Positions 23,991-36,135 are shown, numbered from the stretch's first letter. The stretch: 64,000 nt of DNA from Takakia lepidozioides (GCA_030704615.1 JAKLZA010000360.1:1-64000), one strand, 5' to 3'. Program-made: numbers and translations. Notes: a model not told the origin generated them from the sequence alone.

Positions 23991-24726
23991 CCGATGTGAA
24001 CTTGCTGTTGTCGTCCGTTTTTGTAACGTACGTTACATACCTTCATCTTTACGTGCACTGATCACCCATCCTGTTGGATACGGAATCCTCCAGAAAATCA
24101 TTTGTGTTATTAGGTAGGACACACTCTTCTCACTGCAGGACTTCGCTGCGGAGCGTACCGAGAGGTCCTGTCTTCAACATGGACTCCCGTGTTTGGGTAA
24201 ACGTGTACTTCCATCCTGATTCTCTGAAAGCTAAAATACGTTCCACGAAATCCAATTCCCAGTCGTCATCCTCCTCCCACGAGAAGTTCTTCGCCCCGCA
24301 TACCGGTGGGTGACCCCGCAGCTTGGCCCACCCATCGGTGGGGGAAACTGAAAAGACGGCGGCCACCAACAAAGGCGAACGACACCAGGATGTCCAACGC
24401 TCTTGCAATGCCCTGCATAGTGCAAGGTTGCAGGGATGTTCCTCACCCCGGGATGGGGCGCATAAGATTGCTAGTTCTGTGTCCCAGTGGGAAGGGTCCT
24501 ACTGCACATTCCAGCATTTGCATACTGCACTTTGTGCAAACAGCAATCCATACGACAAAGGACACGTCCCAGTATACTGGCAGTGAATTGCAAAAAACCT
24601 TAACAGAAGATTATCCAAGCATGTATATTCCCCATATGGCACAGGGAAGCTGCTTGATTTCTGAATGAAAATGTATGTGCCATGAGTGTCGGCGAGTCGA
24701 AACATGTCTACTCTAGCATGCAAGAC

Positions 24727-25194
24727 CTATGGTCCCCTCGCCCAAGAAGAAGGAACTCTAACTGGCCTCTCAAGGACCTCCTGAGTGACCGGGTGCCTAT
24801 ATTTGAACAAAATGTCAGTGGTTTCTGTCGCCCGGTTGAAACTAACGAGGATGTCGTGTTTATCGATAGCGCCCCCTTGGTAGAAGGACATTTTCACAGT
24901 GGGCCCTGTGTTCCCCTCCTCCTCATCCTCATAACAATTCCAGCGATACAGCAACGCTGTGCGTGATCTGTTCGGCTCCCACTCATGCGGAAAGTCCAGG
25001 TCCATGATGCGTAGGAACCACCTGCTCCCCAGCCGGGGTCCAGGAGAATCGTGCAATCCTGGAAGAAACTCCATTGCTCTCAGCTGGACAAGTCGAGGAT
25101 CGTCCCTATAAACATCCAGGAAAACAATGATGTCGTCTGCTTTCGGGAAAATGACTCCCGTCTGGCGTCGATAGATGTGATTCGGGCACGACAT
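24727..25194 (-). pseudogene. ORF-X of element B copy 1 with an 84-bp in-frame deletion
   Basis: RWNC-YEDEEE here versus RWNCCEWTY...FSYEDEEE in copy 2; AAC microhomology at ~24935. Confidence 0.75.
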
Positions 25195-26043
25195 GGCCTC
25201 ACGACATAGCACGAACTCAAAGCAGGGAGGAGATGGGCACAACAGAGAAGAGTGAAGAGCAAAATGAGAGCAAGGCCTCCCTTACCGTAAGGCGGGTATT
25301 TGCTCTCCGGAGCCCAATTTTGGCGCTGTTATTGGATGGAGTGCGGAAGCTTCAGCCGAGAATTTTGTTTCCGCAGGTCAATTTCGGCGCCGTTATTGGT
25401 TGCAATCCCTAGCCTTCAGCCGGGTATTTGGTTTCCGGACCCAATTTCGGCGCCGTTATCGGCTGCACTCCGGTGGCTTCAACCGAGTATTTGATTTTCG
25501 GGGCCCATTTTGGCGCCGTTATCGCCTGCACTCCGGAGGATGCAGCCGGGTATTTGGTTGGCGGAGCCCAATTACTTTCACCTTTGTTGGCTTCACTCCC
25601 GAGCCTTCAGCCGGCTATTTCTTTTCCTGTGCCCAATTACGGCGCCGTTATACCCAACCATCATGCACTTCTGCAACAGTACTATCCACGGTTATAGGTC
25701 GCCATTGCGTTTTCGGAGTCTGCAAACCCGGATCCTAATTCCGCTTGCGTCTCTGCCTCTGGGATAATTTCGGTGCCGTTATTGCCCAGAATTCAGTTTT
25801 TCTATGACCTGGCCTAGCGGTCCATGAGCCTGGGCTCCAAGTCATGAGCGTACACTGGTACTCATGAGCGGAGTGCTTCCAGCATGAGCGCGGAAATCTT
25901 CGATTTTTGATTATTTTATAGTTTTGGGCCCGAAAAAAATCTGCCGAAATTCGAAGTGTGTTACTTTGCGGCTCATGGGTGAGCCATGCCCGCTCATGAG
26001 CTCATGAGCTCACCGCTCATGAGCTCATGGAATAGCAACCCCC

Positions 26044-29000
26044 AAGAGAACCTAGGCAAGTAAGGGTGCATCAGGTGCAGCCCCAGCCAAGAAGAAACAA
26101 TGATCATGACCACTATGGTAGGTCTGGTGGTTATAACAATGGCATGGAAGGGAGAGGTAATTCAAGAGGGAATTACCAAGGAAATTCCAGAGGCAACTAT
26201 CAGGGTAATCCAAAGGGGAATTACCAGCCCGGGAATCAGGATTATAGAAATAATCCAAGAACAGACCAAGGGCGAGGACCCAATGGTGAAGAGCTATGTT
26301 ACTATTGTAATCAGCCAGGACATCGCAAGGCAGCCTGTTCATTCTGGATAAGACACCAGAATGAGATGAGAGCTCCTGTGAATGAGGGCCCAGTGGTGGC
26401 AGCTCACATGGTTAGGCCATGTGTTGTACCAGAAGTAAGTACAATGATAGTAACAAGAAGTAAAGCCAAACTAATACCTCCAGTAGAAGAGGAAGAAGAT
26501 GAGACTGGAAGTGGCAATGATATGCCTGAAGATGAAGAGACTTGGAAAGATGAGAAGGAACTGCACAAGGAAGTGGCAGATACTATAAGGAAAATGCAAA
26601 AGAGTACTGATATTCCTGTGGCAGATTCCTCTGATTCGGATGGAGAAAAAGAAGGGAGTGAGGAAGAAAGGAAAAAAGAAGATGCAGACATGCAAAGTAA
26701 TGAAGAGACTTTGGCTGCAGTAATATGTCAGACCAAAGCAGAAATTACCATTGGACAGCTATTAGCTGTGGCACCTTATTGTAGGCACAGGCTGTATCAA
26801 GCAATCAATCGAATTGCCCAAGAGACAGGAAACACAGACCTGAACAGCAAGGTGACCAGTTATAATGTGAAGCCGGAAGGGCGAGAACCAGTCATGGACT
26901 TTGATGATTCTATGTCAGTAATCCAATTGAGAATTGGAAGCACAGAACTAACTGATGTACTGATAGATGGTGGTTCTGGAGTAAATATCATGACAGACCA
27001 ATTAAGGAAGAAGCTTGGTCTAAGTAACATGAAACCAGCCCCATTTACAGTAACAATGGCAGATCAAAGAAGTGTACAGCCATTGGGATTAATAAGAGGA
27101 GTTAAGATACAGATACAGAAAATGATCTTTATGATCACAGTAACTGTATTAAAAATGGATGAAGTCATGGAGGCTTACTCCTTATTATTGGGACGTCCGT
27201 GGCTGAAACAGGCCAGGGTATTCCATGACTGGAATTCTCAGTTACTAACCGTGCATAATGGGATACACGAGATACAAATTACCACAAAGAAATCTAGTAG
27301 ATTACCTGCTACAAGAAGACCTCGAGGAGTCAGAGAGTATGACTGGAGAGGAGGACTGGATGAGGAGCAGGAAGCTACCCTATTTGCTGCACACCCAGAG
27401 TGGGAGCAGGTTGCAGAGATGCGGCTGGAAAGCCTAAGTTGTTTGAGAGGTATCTGCTGTGGTGTAGTGACAGCAACACCAACTGAAGAAGAAACCAGCA
27501 TTTACCCATCACATTTCTATGAAGAAAGAGAAGGAGAAATAGAAATCCTAGAAGAACCAGCCACTGTGAGCTTACAGGATGAAGTGGTGACTGGTTGGAC
27601 AATCACAGCTGATGAGCAGGTGAGAGAAGTAAATGTGGGAACTAAAGAGGAACCGAGGATGGTGAAAGTAGGAGCTGATTTGGAGCCGGAATTCTTCGAA
27701 GAAGCTAAAAGCTTGTTCATCAAATACAGAGATGTATTTGCTTGGAGCTATGAGGATCTAAAAGGGATACCACCTGAAGTCTGTCAGCATAAGATTGAAC
27801 TGGAACCAGGGTCAGTACCAATCAAGCAGGCGAGGTATAGAATGAATCCCAACTACGCACAGAAGGTTGGAGAAGAGATAAAGAAGTTGGCTGAGGCTAA
27901 GTTTATATACCCAATAGAGTATACAACTTGGTTGTCACCCATTGTAATAGTTCCCAAGAAGAATGGCAAACTAAGAGTATGTGTGAACTATAAGAAGCTG
28001 AATGCTTGTACGAAGAAAGATCCTTTCCCTTTGCCATTCACAGAAGCAGTATTAGACACTGTGGCAGGCCATGAGATGTACTCATTCATGGATGGCTTCA
28101 GTGGTTATAATCAAGTGCAAGTGGCAGAAGAAGACCAAGGGAAAACAGCTTTCATCACAGACTGGGGGGCTTATGCATACAAAGTCATGCCCTTTGGACT
28201 TTGTAATGCACCAGCGACCTTTCAGAGAGTGATAAGTGAATCTTTTCATGAGTATCTGGATGATTTCATGCAGGTGTTCTTGGATGATTTCAGTGTGTAC
28301 AGCTCTAAGAATGAGCACTTGCATAAATTGGAGTTATGCTTGGCCAGATGCAGGATGAGAGGTCTGGGCCTGAATCCAGAGAAGTGTACTTTCTGTGTGA
28401 ACTCAGGGGTGCTTCTGGGACACATTGTGTGTAAGAAGGGACTCCTTGTGGATCCCAGAAAGACAGAGTCCATTAAAGCCTCTCCACCACCAGTGAATGT
28501 TAAAAGTCTACGAAGATTCCTTGGGCAAACCAGTTATTACAGGAGATTTGTCAAAAGGTATGCACAAATAGCAGCACCATTGAGCAAACTACTGAAGAAA
28601 GATGCAGTGTTTGCCTGGACAGCGGAATGTCAACAGGCATTTGAGGAACTTACACTGTCAGTAACAACTACACCTGTACTGATTAACCCTCACTGGCATG
28701 TAGTATTCCATGTTCATTGCGATGCATCAGGAGAAGCGTTGGGAGCGGTGTTAGCCCAGAATGTTACAGGGAATATAGATTCACCTGTGTACTATGCTAG
28801 CCGGTTGATGAACAGTGCTGAGAGGAACTATAGTACAACGGAAAGAGAAGCATTGGCAATGATCTATGCAGTGAAGAAATTCAGGCATTACCTGTTGGGC
28901 AAGAAGTTTATGTTCTATGTGGATCACCAGGCTCTGATATACCTGGTAAACAAACCTCTGATAAGCGGAAGAATAGCAAGATGGTTAATAATCTTGCATG

Positions 29001-31644
29001 AGTTTGAGTTCGAGGTTATTTACAAGCCTGGCCGTTTGTATCTTGTGGCAGATCATTTGTCACGACTAACAACAGGAGAGGCCGCCACAGGAGTGGACGA
29101 TCAGTTACCTGATGCGAGTTTATTTGTAATGGAGGTGCAAGGAAGTGCAGATGAATGGTTAGATTGGCAGTGGCCAATCAGATACTACCTTGCTCATGGT
29201 CAGTGCCCACCTAGTTATGGTAAGGAGCAGAGGAAGAGAATCGCTATCAAAGCTTTACCTTATACTATGGTAGGAAGCAGAATGTATAAGTTAGGACCTG
29301 ATGGAGTACTAAAACGATGCTTGTACCACCATGAAGTAAATAAAGTTTTGGCGGAAGTTCATAAAGGAGTGGCTGGAGGTCATTTTGGAGAAGAGACTAC
29401 CAGTAGAAAGATACTACTCGCAGGATACTGGTGGCCTACTTTGTTCAAAGATGTACACGAGTATTGTCAGAAGTGTGATGAATGTCAGAGGCTAGGACCT
29501 TTGCCAAGAACTGGAAGGATGGCCTTGCATCCTACAATGCCTACGGAACCATTTCAGAAATGGGGACTAGACTTTGTTGGACCAATTAACCCACCATCCA
29601 AGAATACACGAAACAGGTACATAATTACAGCCACTGATTATACTACAAAGTGGGTGGAAGCTAAAGCTTTGAGGGACAACACAGCCAAGTCCACAGCAAG
29701 GTTCCTGTACGAGAACATACTTACACGATTTGGCTGTCCCTTAGAATTTATCAGTGATCAAGGAAGTCACTTCATGAATGAGACCATTGAGTTGTTGACT
29801 AAAGAGTTTATGATTGTGCATAGAAAGAGTACAACATATTACCCGTAGGGTAATGGGCAGGCAGAGGCTACCAACAAAATACTATGTACTATCTTGGCTA
29901 AGATAGTCAATGCAAACAGAACGGATTGGGATACAAAGCTGCTGACAGCTTTGTGGTCATACATGACTTCATATAAAGTCACCACTAAGTATACACCATT
30001 CCAATTAGTTTATGGTATGGAAGCCTTACTTCCATTGGAATTCCTGTTACCTACCATGAGAACGGAGTGGGGAAAAAGAATGGAATTGCAAGACTCCATC
30101 AAGGTCAGGAAACATGAATTATACCATGTGGAAGAAGTACGTGCTGATGCAGCTGATAATATGACCAGAATTCAGATGAAGCGAAAGGAACAGTTTGATG
30201 AAGGCAAGTTAAAGACTTTTAAGACGGGGGATTTGGTTCTATGGTTGCAGAAGAAAGGAAAGATTCAAGCTTCTAAGCTTAAATCACCGTGGAAAGGACC
30301 TTATGTCATACAAAAGATGTATGATAACAACACCGCCATGTTACAAACCATTAACAAAGAAATGCTGGGAAGAGTCAATGCAAATAAGTTGAAGGGGTAC
30401 AGTGGTATCCATGACAAACCCCTGCAGCATGATTTGCATGTTGAACCGCAAGAGCAGTCACGGGCTGCACCAGTGTTACGAACGGAGTATGGAACACTTG
30501 TCGCTAGGCCCAGCATATATGACCAGGGTGGGCAAAACAAACGTGATACATCCTATCACAGCCCATCAAGGCAAAGCACAGCCTATCACAGCCCATCACG
30601 ACGTGACACAGCCTATCACAGCCCATCACGACGTGACACAGCCTATCACAGCCCAGCACGGCGCAACACAGCCTATCACAGCCCATCACGACGTGACACA
30701 GCCTATCATAGCCCAACAAGGCGCAACACAGCCTATAACAGCCCAGCACGGCGCAACACAACCTATCACAACCTACCACAACGTGTCACAGCCTATCACA
30801 GCTTACCACAGTGCATCACAGCCTATCACAACGTAACACAATATGACACAGCCTGTCACAGCTCAACACAGCCTACTAAAGTTACACGATCCATAGAATC
30901 AGTGACAAGTGGACACATAATAACTTCAGGAAAATGGCTGAAGGAAGAAGAAACGGAAATTACTTTAAAAATAGACACGTGGAGGTCAGGGCGCGACACA
31001 CAGCCGAGAATGAAGTGCAAGGACAGGTGTCAAAAAGAAAGAGGACAAGAACGGCCGTCAAAAGGGATGAAAGGCGGGCCCATTAATGAGTACGGAAAAA
31101 GGGAAACGGAACGAACGGCAAGTACAGAAAAGCCGAATTCTTGTCACATGTGTGATCCTAGTGGACTATCCAACAGGGAAAGTCCACTAAAGAAGATAAA
31201 ATCTAAAATCCAGTCACAGCGGATACAGCCAATAGAAAACCAGAGAAAGGATCAAGAAAATGGAGGGAAATTGAGCGCAAGAGGCGGCGTCGTTCTGAGT
31301 AACGGGCGTCTCGACAGGACAGACCATCAATGCTATACCTTGGAAACTATGGAGGAACTAACAGACTATACGCTCGCAATATTACTTACGCAGTGGCATA
31401 GACACGAAAGGATAGAGCGGAGCTTTTCTCTGAGCGATGCTTGCAAGCCCCGCAGGCTTACAAGAAATTACCCATAGCTTTCTGCGACAACCATACGTTT
31501 ATGCTTTGTGCACTACAGGCATTCCTGCAGTTGTTACAGCCAAAACAGTTCTGTGAGTCTAAAATGAAGAGAGTGAGAGGAATGGAGGAAATCAGGGTGA
31601 AGAGCACCACGATTCTGCAGAAACAAACAATTGCTACCCCATAG
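26044..31644 (+). pseudogene. pol: gag C-terminus (third CCHC knuckle) and pol; premature TAG at 29846 and 1-bp deletion at ~31430
   Basis: CYYCNQPGHRKAAC, then PR, RT, RH and INT (HHCC, DDE) motifs. The other copies have CAG where this one has TAG. Confidence 0.95.
30546..30870 (+). repeat. 30-bp coding tandem repeat in the integrase tail
   Basis: ACACAGCCTATCACAGCCC units. Confidence 0.95.
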
Positions 31645-34600
31645 GCGATACAGATACTGGAGGAGCTGAGATTGCAAGGATTGCAAAGCCTAGATTGGAC
31701 ACTACACCATAGACAGTACATGTTACAATTTTTGCAGAACTTTGAGCCAAGGACAGGAACAACAACGGTGAAGGGAGTTGAATTAATGATTACTCCCCTA
31801 TACCTCCAGCAATTGTTTCGATTGCCAGCAGGTCAGGTGCATGTGGAGCAACACAGGGCAAGACTGCAAATAAAGGACTTATTCCAAGAAGGGAGTTTCT
31901 TTAAAACTCAGGGTTATGCTTGTACCAAGGCTGTGTACCCAGGGTTAAAAGAGGTAGGCCAGGTATTGAACGTTCTGATTGCCATGAAACAGAACCAACA
32001 GTATTTGAGCAGATCCTTCACGGAGGAAATACTCAAAGGCCTGAAGGGACGAGAGGTACAATGGGCGGACATAATGTACAACGCACTGGTAGAGGAGATG
32101 AAAAGATTACAAGGTACTACCGCAAAGTCTCCTATAATAGTGTCTGGCCCAATCATTGCTCAAATAATCCTTGATTCTGGCATACTTAATGCGCAAGAAA
32201 GAAAGGAAATGGGAGTGTTTGAGCCAGAAACAACTGCAATGGAAGAGCAAGGCTCTTCACATAGTGAGGGTGGACTAGCAGGGCAACCCGAGACTAAGAG
32301 GCAGAGACGGGGAAAGACTGTAGTGGCGGATCCACTGGCTTCACGGATTCCGCATGATAATGTTTCCCAAGCTCATGGCCAGGAAGGGGCACAGCAGCAC
32401 AGAGAAATGCTATTACTGGAAGCAGGACCTTCAGAGAGGGAGGAGGAAGTTACTTCTGCATCACAACCATCACAGCCACTTGAACGACTTGTCACAAGGT
32501 CACAAGTTATCCATGCAGCTCAACCAGAAATAATTGATTTGGAAAGTGAAGGGTTAGATATTCCAACTACAGAACAGATAGTGGCAGAAATAGAGAAGGG
32601 GGACCTTCTCTATGAATATTCTGGTCTGGTCAAGGAGACAGAAATCCCAGAGGTGCAACAGTTGCCCAAGGGAAATCCTGAGGTGCATATAATACACACA
32701 CCTGTGTCGGAGGTACCACAGGCGGAAGGTCATGACACTGTAGCACCGGTGATAGATGAAGTAGTTCAGGAAGAAAATCCGGTGGGACAATGGCCTGAAT
32801 GGTTAGTTAGACATCACACTGTTGAAGATCAGGAGGAACAGCAGCAACCTCACCATGATGACCCTCAACAGGCAATGCTGATGAGCTCCATAGGCAGGAC
32901 ACTTAATTTGTTGGGGACTTATGTCAAATCCCATGTTCCAATTACCCAATTGACAGCCTTGAAAGAGGAACTCAGGAAGGAGTTTGAGGCTCGACTTGCC
33001 ACTGAATGTGCAAACAAGGTAGATGAAGAGGTCACTCTCAAGATGAAGCAGGACTTGGGAAATACAGAAATGGCTTTGCAATTGGCCAAGCAACAATTGA
33101 TTGAGGCAGGCCTCGCGCAAGACCAGTTGCAAGAAGCACATAAGCAACAGCTATACCAAATGCAGGTGCAGCATGAAAGCAAGTTGCAAGAACTGAATGC
33201 ACTACATACGGAGTTGCAGACAGTGCATAACAGGATGGCGATACAATGTGCTACATTTACAACTATGCTTGACCAATCAACAAAAGAAATAAACAGTCAA
33301 GCGGAAAAATGTACGAAGGCAGAAGAAGAGAATGTTGAGCAAATGAAGCTCATTGTCGATATGAAAAAAACAATCTGTCGCAATGAAGATACTTTCAAGC
33401 AATACAGGCAGATTGAAGCTGATCAAGAAAAGCACATCGTGGAGTTGCAACAAACCATCATGGCCAATAGAAATGAAATCGCGGTCAATAACAAGGCTTG
33501 GAAGGAAGCCAATAATCTACTTGCTGCTTATGCGCAATTGGTTGAACCTCAGGCGAAGCGCATGGAGGCTTTACAACAGCAGTTGAAATTGTACAAGCTA
33601 AGAGAGGAGCAAACTCTCAGGGGAACCACAAGCAACTTGGTGGATAACAGCCTTATGCAGGTCTGGTTAGCACAAGGACCAGTAGAGGGCAAAGCACCAC
33701 GGAAGCTCACCCAAAGCGAGATGAATGAGCTCAGGCTGCAGGTGCAGAACATTGCCACAACTACTATAGACAATGTCTATAGTAGGATAGTAGAGTTACA
33801 AGAGGATGTAGACGGACTCCAGACTCAAGTGGAAGAACTCACTTCAAACATCGACCAAAGAGTCTATATCCCTCAGGAACAGCTAATGGCTTCTTATTTA
33901 CAAGCCAGAACTTTGGCTTTTCAGTCTTCACAGGAGGGGCAGGAGATGCCAATGATACAAGAGCCAGTACCACCACCACCACAACAAGTCACTGTACCAA
34001 TAGCTGAACCTGTGGTTACTACAACCACACCACAGCCACCACAGCCGGAGGTATGGGGCAATGCCGCTTTTAACCCACCTAAAACTCCAGCTGCAAGGGA
34101 GTACAGTAGGGCTATGATTATGCCCTTCAACCAAATTCCCATCATGTTGGATTTGGCTTGGAAAGAATTTAGTCCTCCGCAGTCATTCGCACATTACTAC
34201 CAAATCATGCGTATATGGCTGCCAGTGGCAACTAGGACCAAAGTTCTTCCGAACAATCGACATATTGAAGATCATCACTTTGCACAATACTGGCACGAGG
34301 CAGGTACCATGTTGAGGGAATTGATTGCTTTCCAGGTTGTACATGGACTCATTTATACCAAGACCAAGGAGATAGCAAGTATTGTCATGGGGTGCGGGTT
34401 ATACTACGCTGCTTGTTTTCTGGTACGATACCACATTGAGCAACAAAAGATGCAAACACGCTTTCAAAGTTATTCCAGTGGAGATCATTGGGTATTACCT
34501 TCGGTGCCACCTCATATGTACCTATATGACCCAAAAGTTATGATGCAAAAGGATTCTCAAATTCGTTCATGGTTTCAAGCGGCCTGCAACCATTTGTCAA

Positions 34601-35115
34601 CACAGAAATTCGGCATTGATGACATTTTCTATAAGGGACATGTGGCATGGAAATACTTGCACGCTGCACCAGTAATTGGTACCCCACTCACCTGGACAGA
34701 CAAGGAGCTCAGTGTCTACACCAATTTTGTTGTTCAGCGGTTACACCAAGTTGTAAAATACAAACTTCCAGACATGGTAGGACAGCATTGTATGCCCCAG
34801 ATGATTCCACAAAAAGTTCGAAAATTAAAACACCTGAGAGGCGATGAGGATTCTGATACAACTGTTTCTTCACCGAATTCTTTTGACATGGGAGAAGACT
34901 ATGCAATTCAGATGGAAGAGAAGAAGCGAAGGGGATCTCCTATGCCGGAAAGATTACCTCGATATCAGCCTCCAGAGGGCCTCACTTATCCAGGTAGTGA
35001 TCAACCATCTCCGTCAACCAGAGACAGACCTCGGGCTCGTACACACAGTTCGCCAAGAAACTCTCAACGTCAAGAAGGTGCTCACTCACAAAGGTTTGCT
35101 AGTCGAAATCAGTAA
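31645..35115 (+). CDS. ORF3: ~1150-aa extra 3' ORF (N-terminal plant-transposon/env-like-ORF domain, long coiled coil, unknown C-terminal domain)
   Basis: Long uninterrupted ORF. FLQNF...TVKGVELMITPLYLQQLFRLP resembles the Transposase_32-type motif of Athila/SIRE extra ORFs. Q/E/L-rich heptads at ~32950-33860. The start codon is uncertain. Confidence 0.8.
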   Translation, partial: AIQILEELRLQGLQSLDWTLHHRQYMLQFLQNFEPRTGTTTVKGVELMITPLYLQQLFRLPAGQVHVEQHRARLQIKDLFQEGSFFKTQGYACTKAVYPGLKEVGQVLNVLIAMKQNQQYLSRSFTEEILKGLKGREVQWADIMYNALVEEMKRLQGTTAKSPIIVSGPIIAQIILDSGILNAQERKEMGVFEPETTAMEEQGSSHSEGGLAGQPETKRQRRGKTVVADPLASRIPHDNVSQAHGQEGAQQHREMLLLEAGPSEREEEVTSASQPSQPLERLVTRSQVIHAAQPEIIDLESEGLDIPTTEQIVAEIEKGDLLYEYSGLVKETEIPEVQQLPKGNPEVHIIHTPVSEVPQAEGHDTVAPVIDEVVQEENPVGQWPEWLVRHHTVEDQEEQQQPHHDDPQQAMLMSSIGRTLNLLGTYVKSHVPITQLTALKEELRKEFEARLATECANKVDEEVTLKMKQDLGNTEMALQLAKQQLIEAGLAQDQLQEAHKQQLYQMQVQHESKLQELNALHTELQTVHNRMAIQCATFTTMLDQSTKEINSQAEKCTKAEEENVEQMKLIVDMKKTICRNEDTFKQYRQIEADQEKHIVELQQTIMANRNEIAVNNKAWKEANNLLAAYAQLVEPQAKRMEALQQQLKLYKLREEQTLRGTTSNLVDNSLMQVWLAQGPVEGKAPRKLTQSEMNELRLQVQNIATTTIDNVYSRIVELQEDVDGLQTQVEELTSNIDQRVYIPQEQLMASYLQARTLAFQSSQEGQEMPMIQEPVPPPPQQVTVPIAEPVVTTTTPQPPQPEVWGNAAFNPPKTPAAREYSRAMIMPFNQIPIMLDLAWKEFSPPQSFAHYYQIMRIWLPVATRTKVLPNNRHIEDHHFAQYWHEAGTMLRELIAFQVVHGLIYTKTKEIASIVMGCGLYYAACFLVRYHIEQQKMQTRFQSYSSGDHWVLPSVPPHMYLYDPKVMMQKDSQIRSWFQAACNHLSTQKFGIDDIFYKGHVAWKYLHAAPVIGTPLTWTDKELSVYTNFVVQRLHQVVKYKLPDMVGQHCMPQMIPQKVRKLKHLRGDEDSDTTVSSPNSFDMGEDYAIQMEEKKRRGSPMPERLPRYQPPEGLTYPGSDQPSPSTRDRPRARTHSSPRNSQRQEGAHSQRFASRNQ

Positions 35116-35150
35116 ACCGTGAGGACACGGCTTTTTGAGGGGGGAAGGGG
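35116..35150 (+). promoter_or_regulatory. Hairpin (CCGTG-AGGA-CACGG) and polypurine tract GAGGGGGGAAGGGG
   Basis: Lies directly before the LTR-initial TG at 35154, as expected for a gypsy plus-strand primer. Confidence 0.85.
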
Positions 35151-35153
35151 TAA

Positions 35154-36078
35154 TGTTAGAGGACTGTCGGGGACTTAGACACTTATACGGGATCTGTAGG
35201 GTACCCTTAATTTTTGCACAGACTGAGACCAACAGGAGCCTTAGGGGTGACAGCAGCGCACTGTAGAGGGGGGTTACACAGCCCGTCACAGTCGTCACAG
35301 CCGACACAGCCAACACAGCCCGTCACAGTCGTCACAGCCGACACAGCCGACACAGCCCGTCACAGTCGTCACAGCCAACACAGCCCACACAGCCCGTCAC
35401 AGTCGTCACAGTCGACACAGCCAACACAGCCCGTCACAGTCGTCACAGCAGACACAGCCGACACAGCTGACACAGCCTGGCACAGCCACACAGCCAGTCA
35501 CAGCCCGACACAGCCAAACACAGCCAGTCACAGCCCGTCACAGTTTCACACAGCCAGTCACAGCTTGACACAGCTGTCACGATCATAGGGAACGAAGAGT
35601 AGGACAGGGAACGACTGTGGGGAACAACACCTGCGAAGGGAACATGTTAGTTCACAGACGACGGTTAGTGAGGGAAACGGTTAGAACCGTGGATAGGAAG
35701 ATAAAGGGAGAAACGGGGAAGAGAGGGATATCATTCGGAGGAGGACTTCTGGGTGATAAAGGAGAGAGGATATTCGGAGGAGGACTTCTTGGTCATGGAG
35801 GAGAGGGGATCGGGCAGAGATGAAGAACGGAAGTGAAGATAGAGAGATGATGAATAGATGCTTGATATATGCAAGGCTGTAATGATATTGTAGAGGAGAT
35901 TAGAGACACAATGGCTTCGGCCTGATACCTGATAAATCATAATCGGATACTTTTACGATACAAACACACTGTGTAGAGAGATCTGAGTGAAGCTGTGGAA
36001 TGAATGGATGAGTTGATGGAATCCAATAGATTGATAAAGCAAACTGATACTTAATTATCAATGGTAAGATAGTTAACA
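35154..36078 (+). repeat. LTR shared by units 1 and 2 (~925 bp), with CACAGCC/CACAGTC repeats at 35277-35580
   Basis: TGTTA...TAACA; appears identical to 55159-56083. The 3' end is inferred. Confidence 0.8.
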
Positions 36079-36135
36079 TGAATACCAAAAGGGAAACAAA
36101 TAGGAAACACCCCCATGATACACTAGCTGTAGGTC

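Larger units (their letters stand above)
19194..26043. mobile_element. Element B copy 1: non-autonomous MULE-like TIR element, 6850 bp, 9-bp TSD
   Basis: TSD AAGAGAACC at 19185-19193 and 26044-26052. Imperfect TIRs GAGGTTTACTATTTCATGAGC / GCTCATGGAATAGCAACCCCC. Removing the element and one TSD restores in-frame gag (...TAAREPRQVRVHQ...). Confidence 0.9.
16262..36078 (+). mobile_element. Ty3/gypsy LTR retrotransposon, array unit 1 (non-chromovirus, Athila/Phygy/Selgy-like), 5' LTR truncated, element B nested in gag
   Basis: Domain order gag-PR-RT-RH-INT. No chromodomain and no extra Tat-type RNase H recognised. Extra 5' and 3' ORFs are present, and a PPT is followed by TG. Confidence 0.92.

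Noticed and set aside
19201-26036. TSD-less insertion (tyrosine-recombinase type) or CACTA element bounded by CTATT...AATAG
   Set aside because: Extending each end by 8 bp reveals a perfect 9-bp TSD and restores the gag frame; the ends are not CACTA/TAGTG.
35214-35588. S/T/Q/H-rich ORF in the LTR
   Set aside because: It is a by-product of the CACAGCC repeat and has no ATG start.
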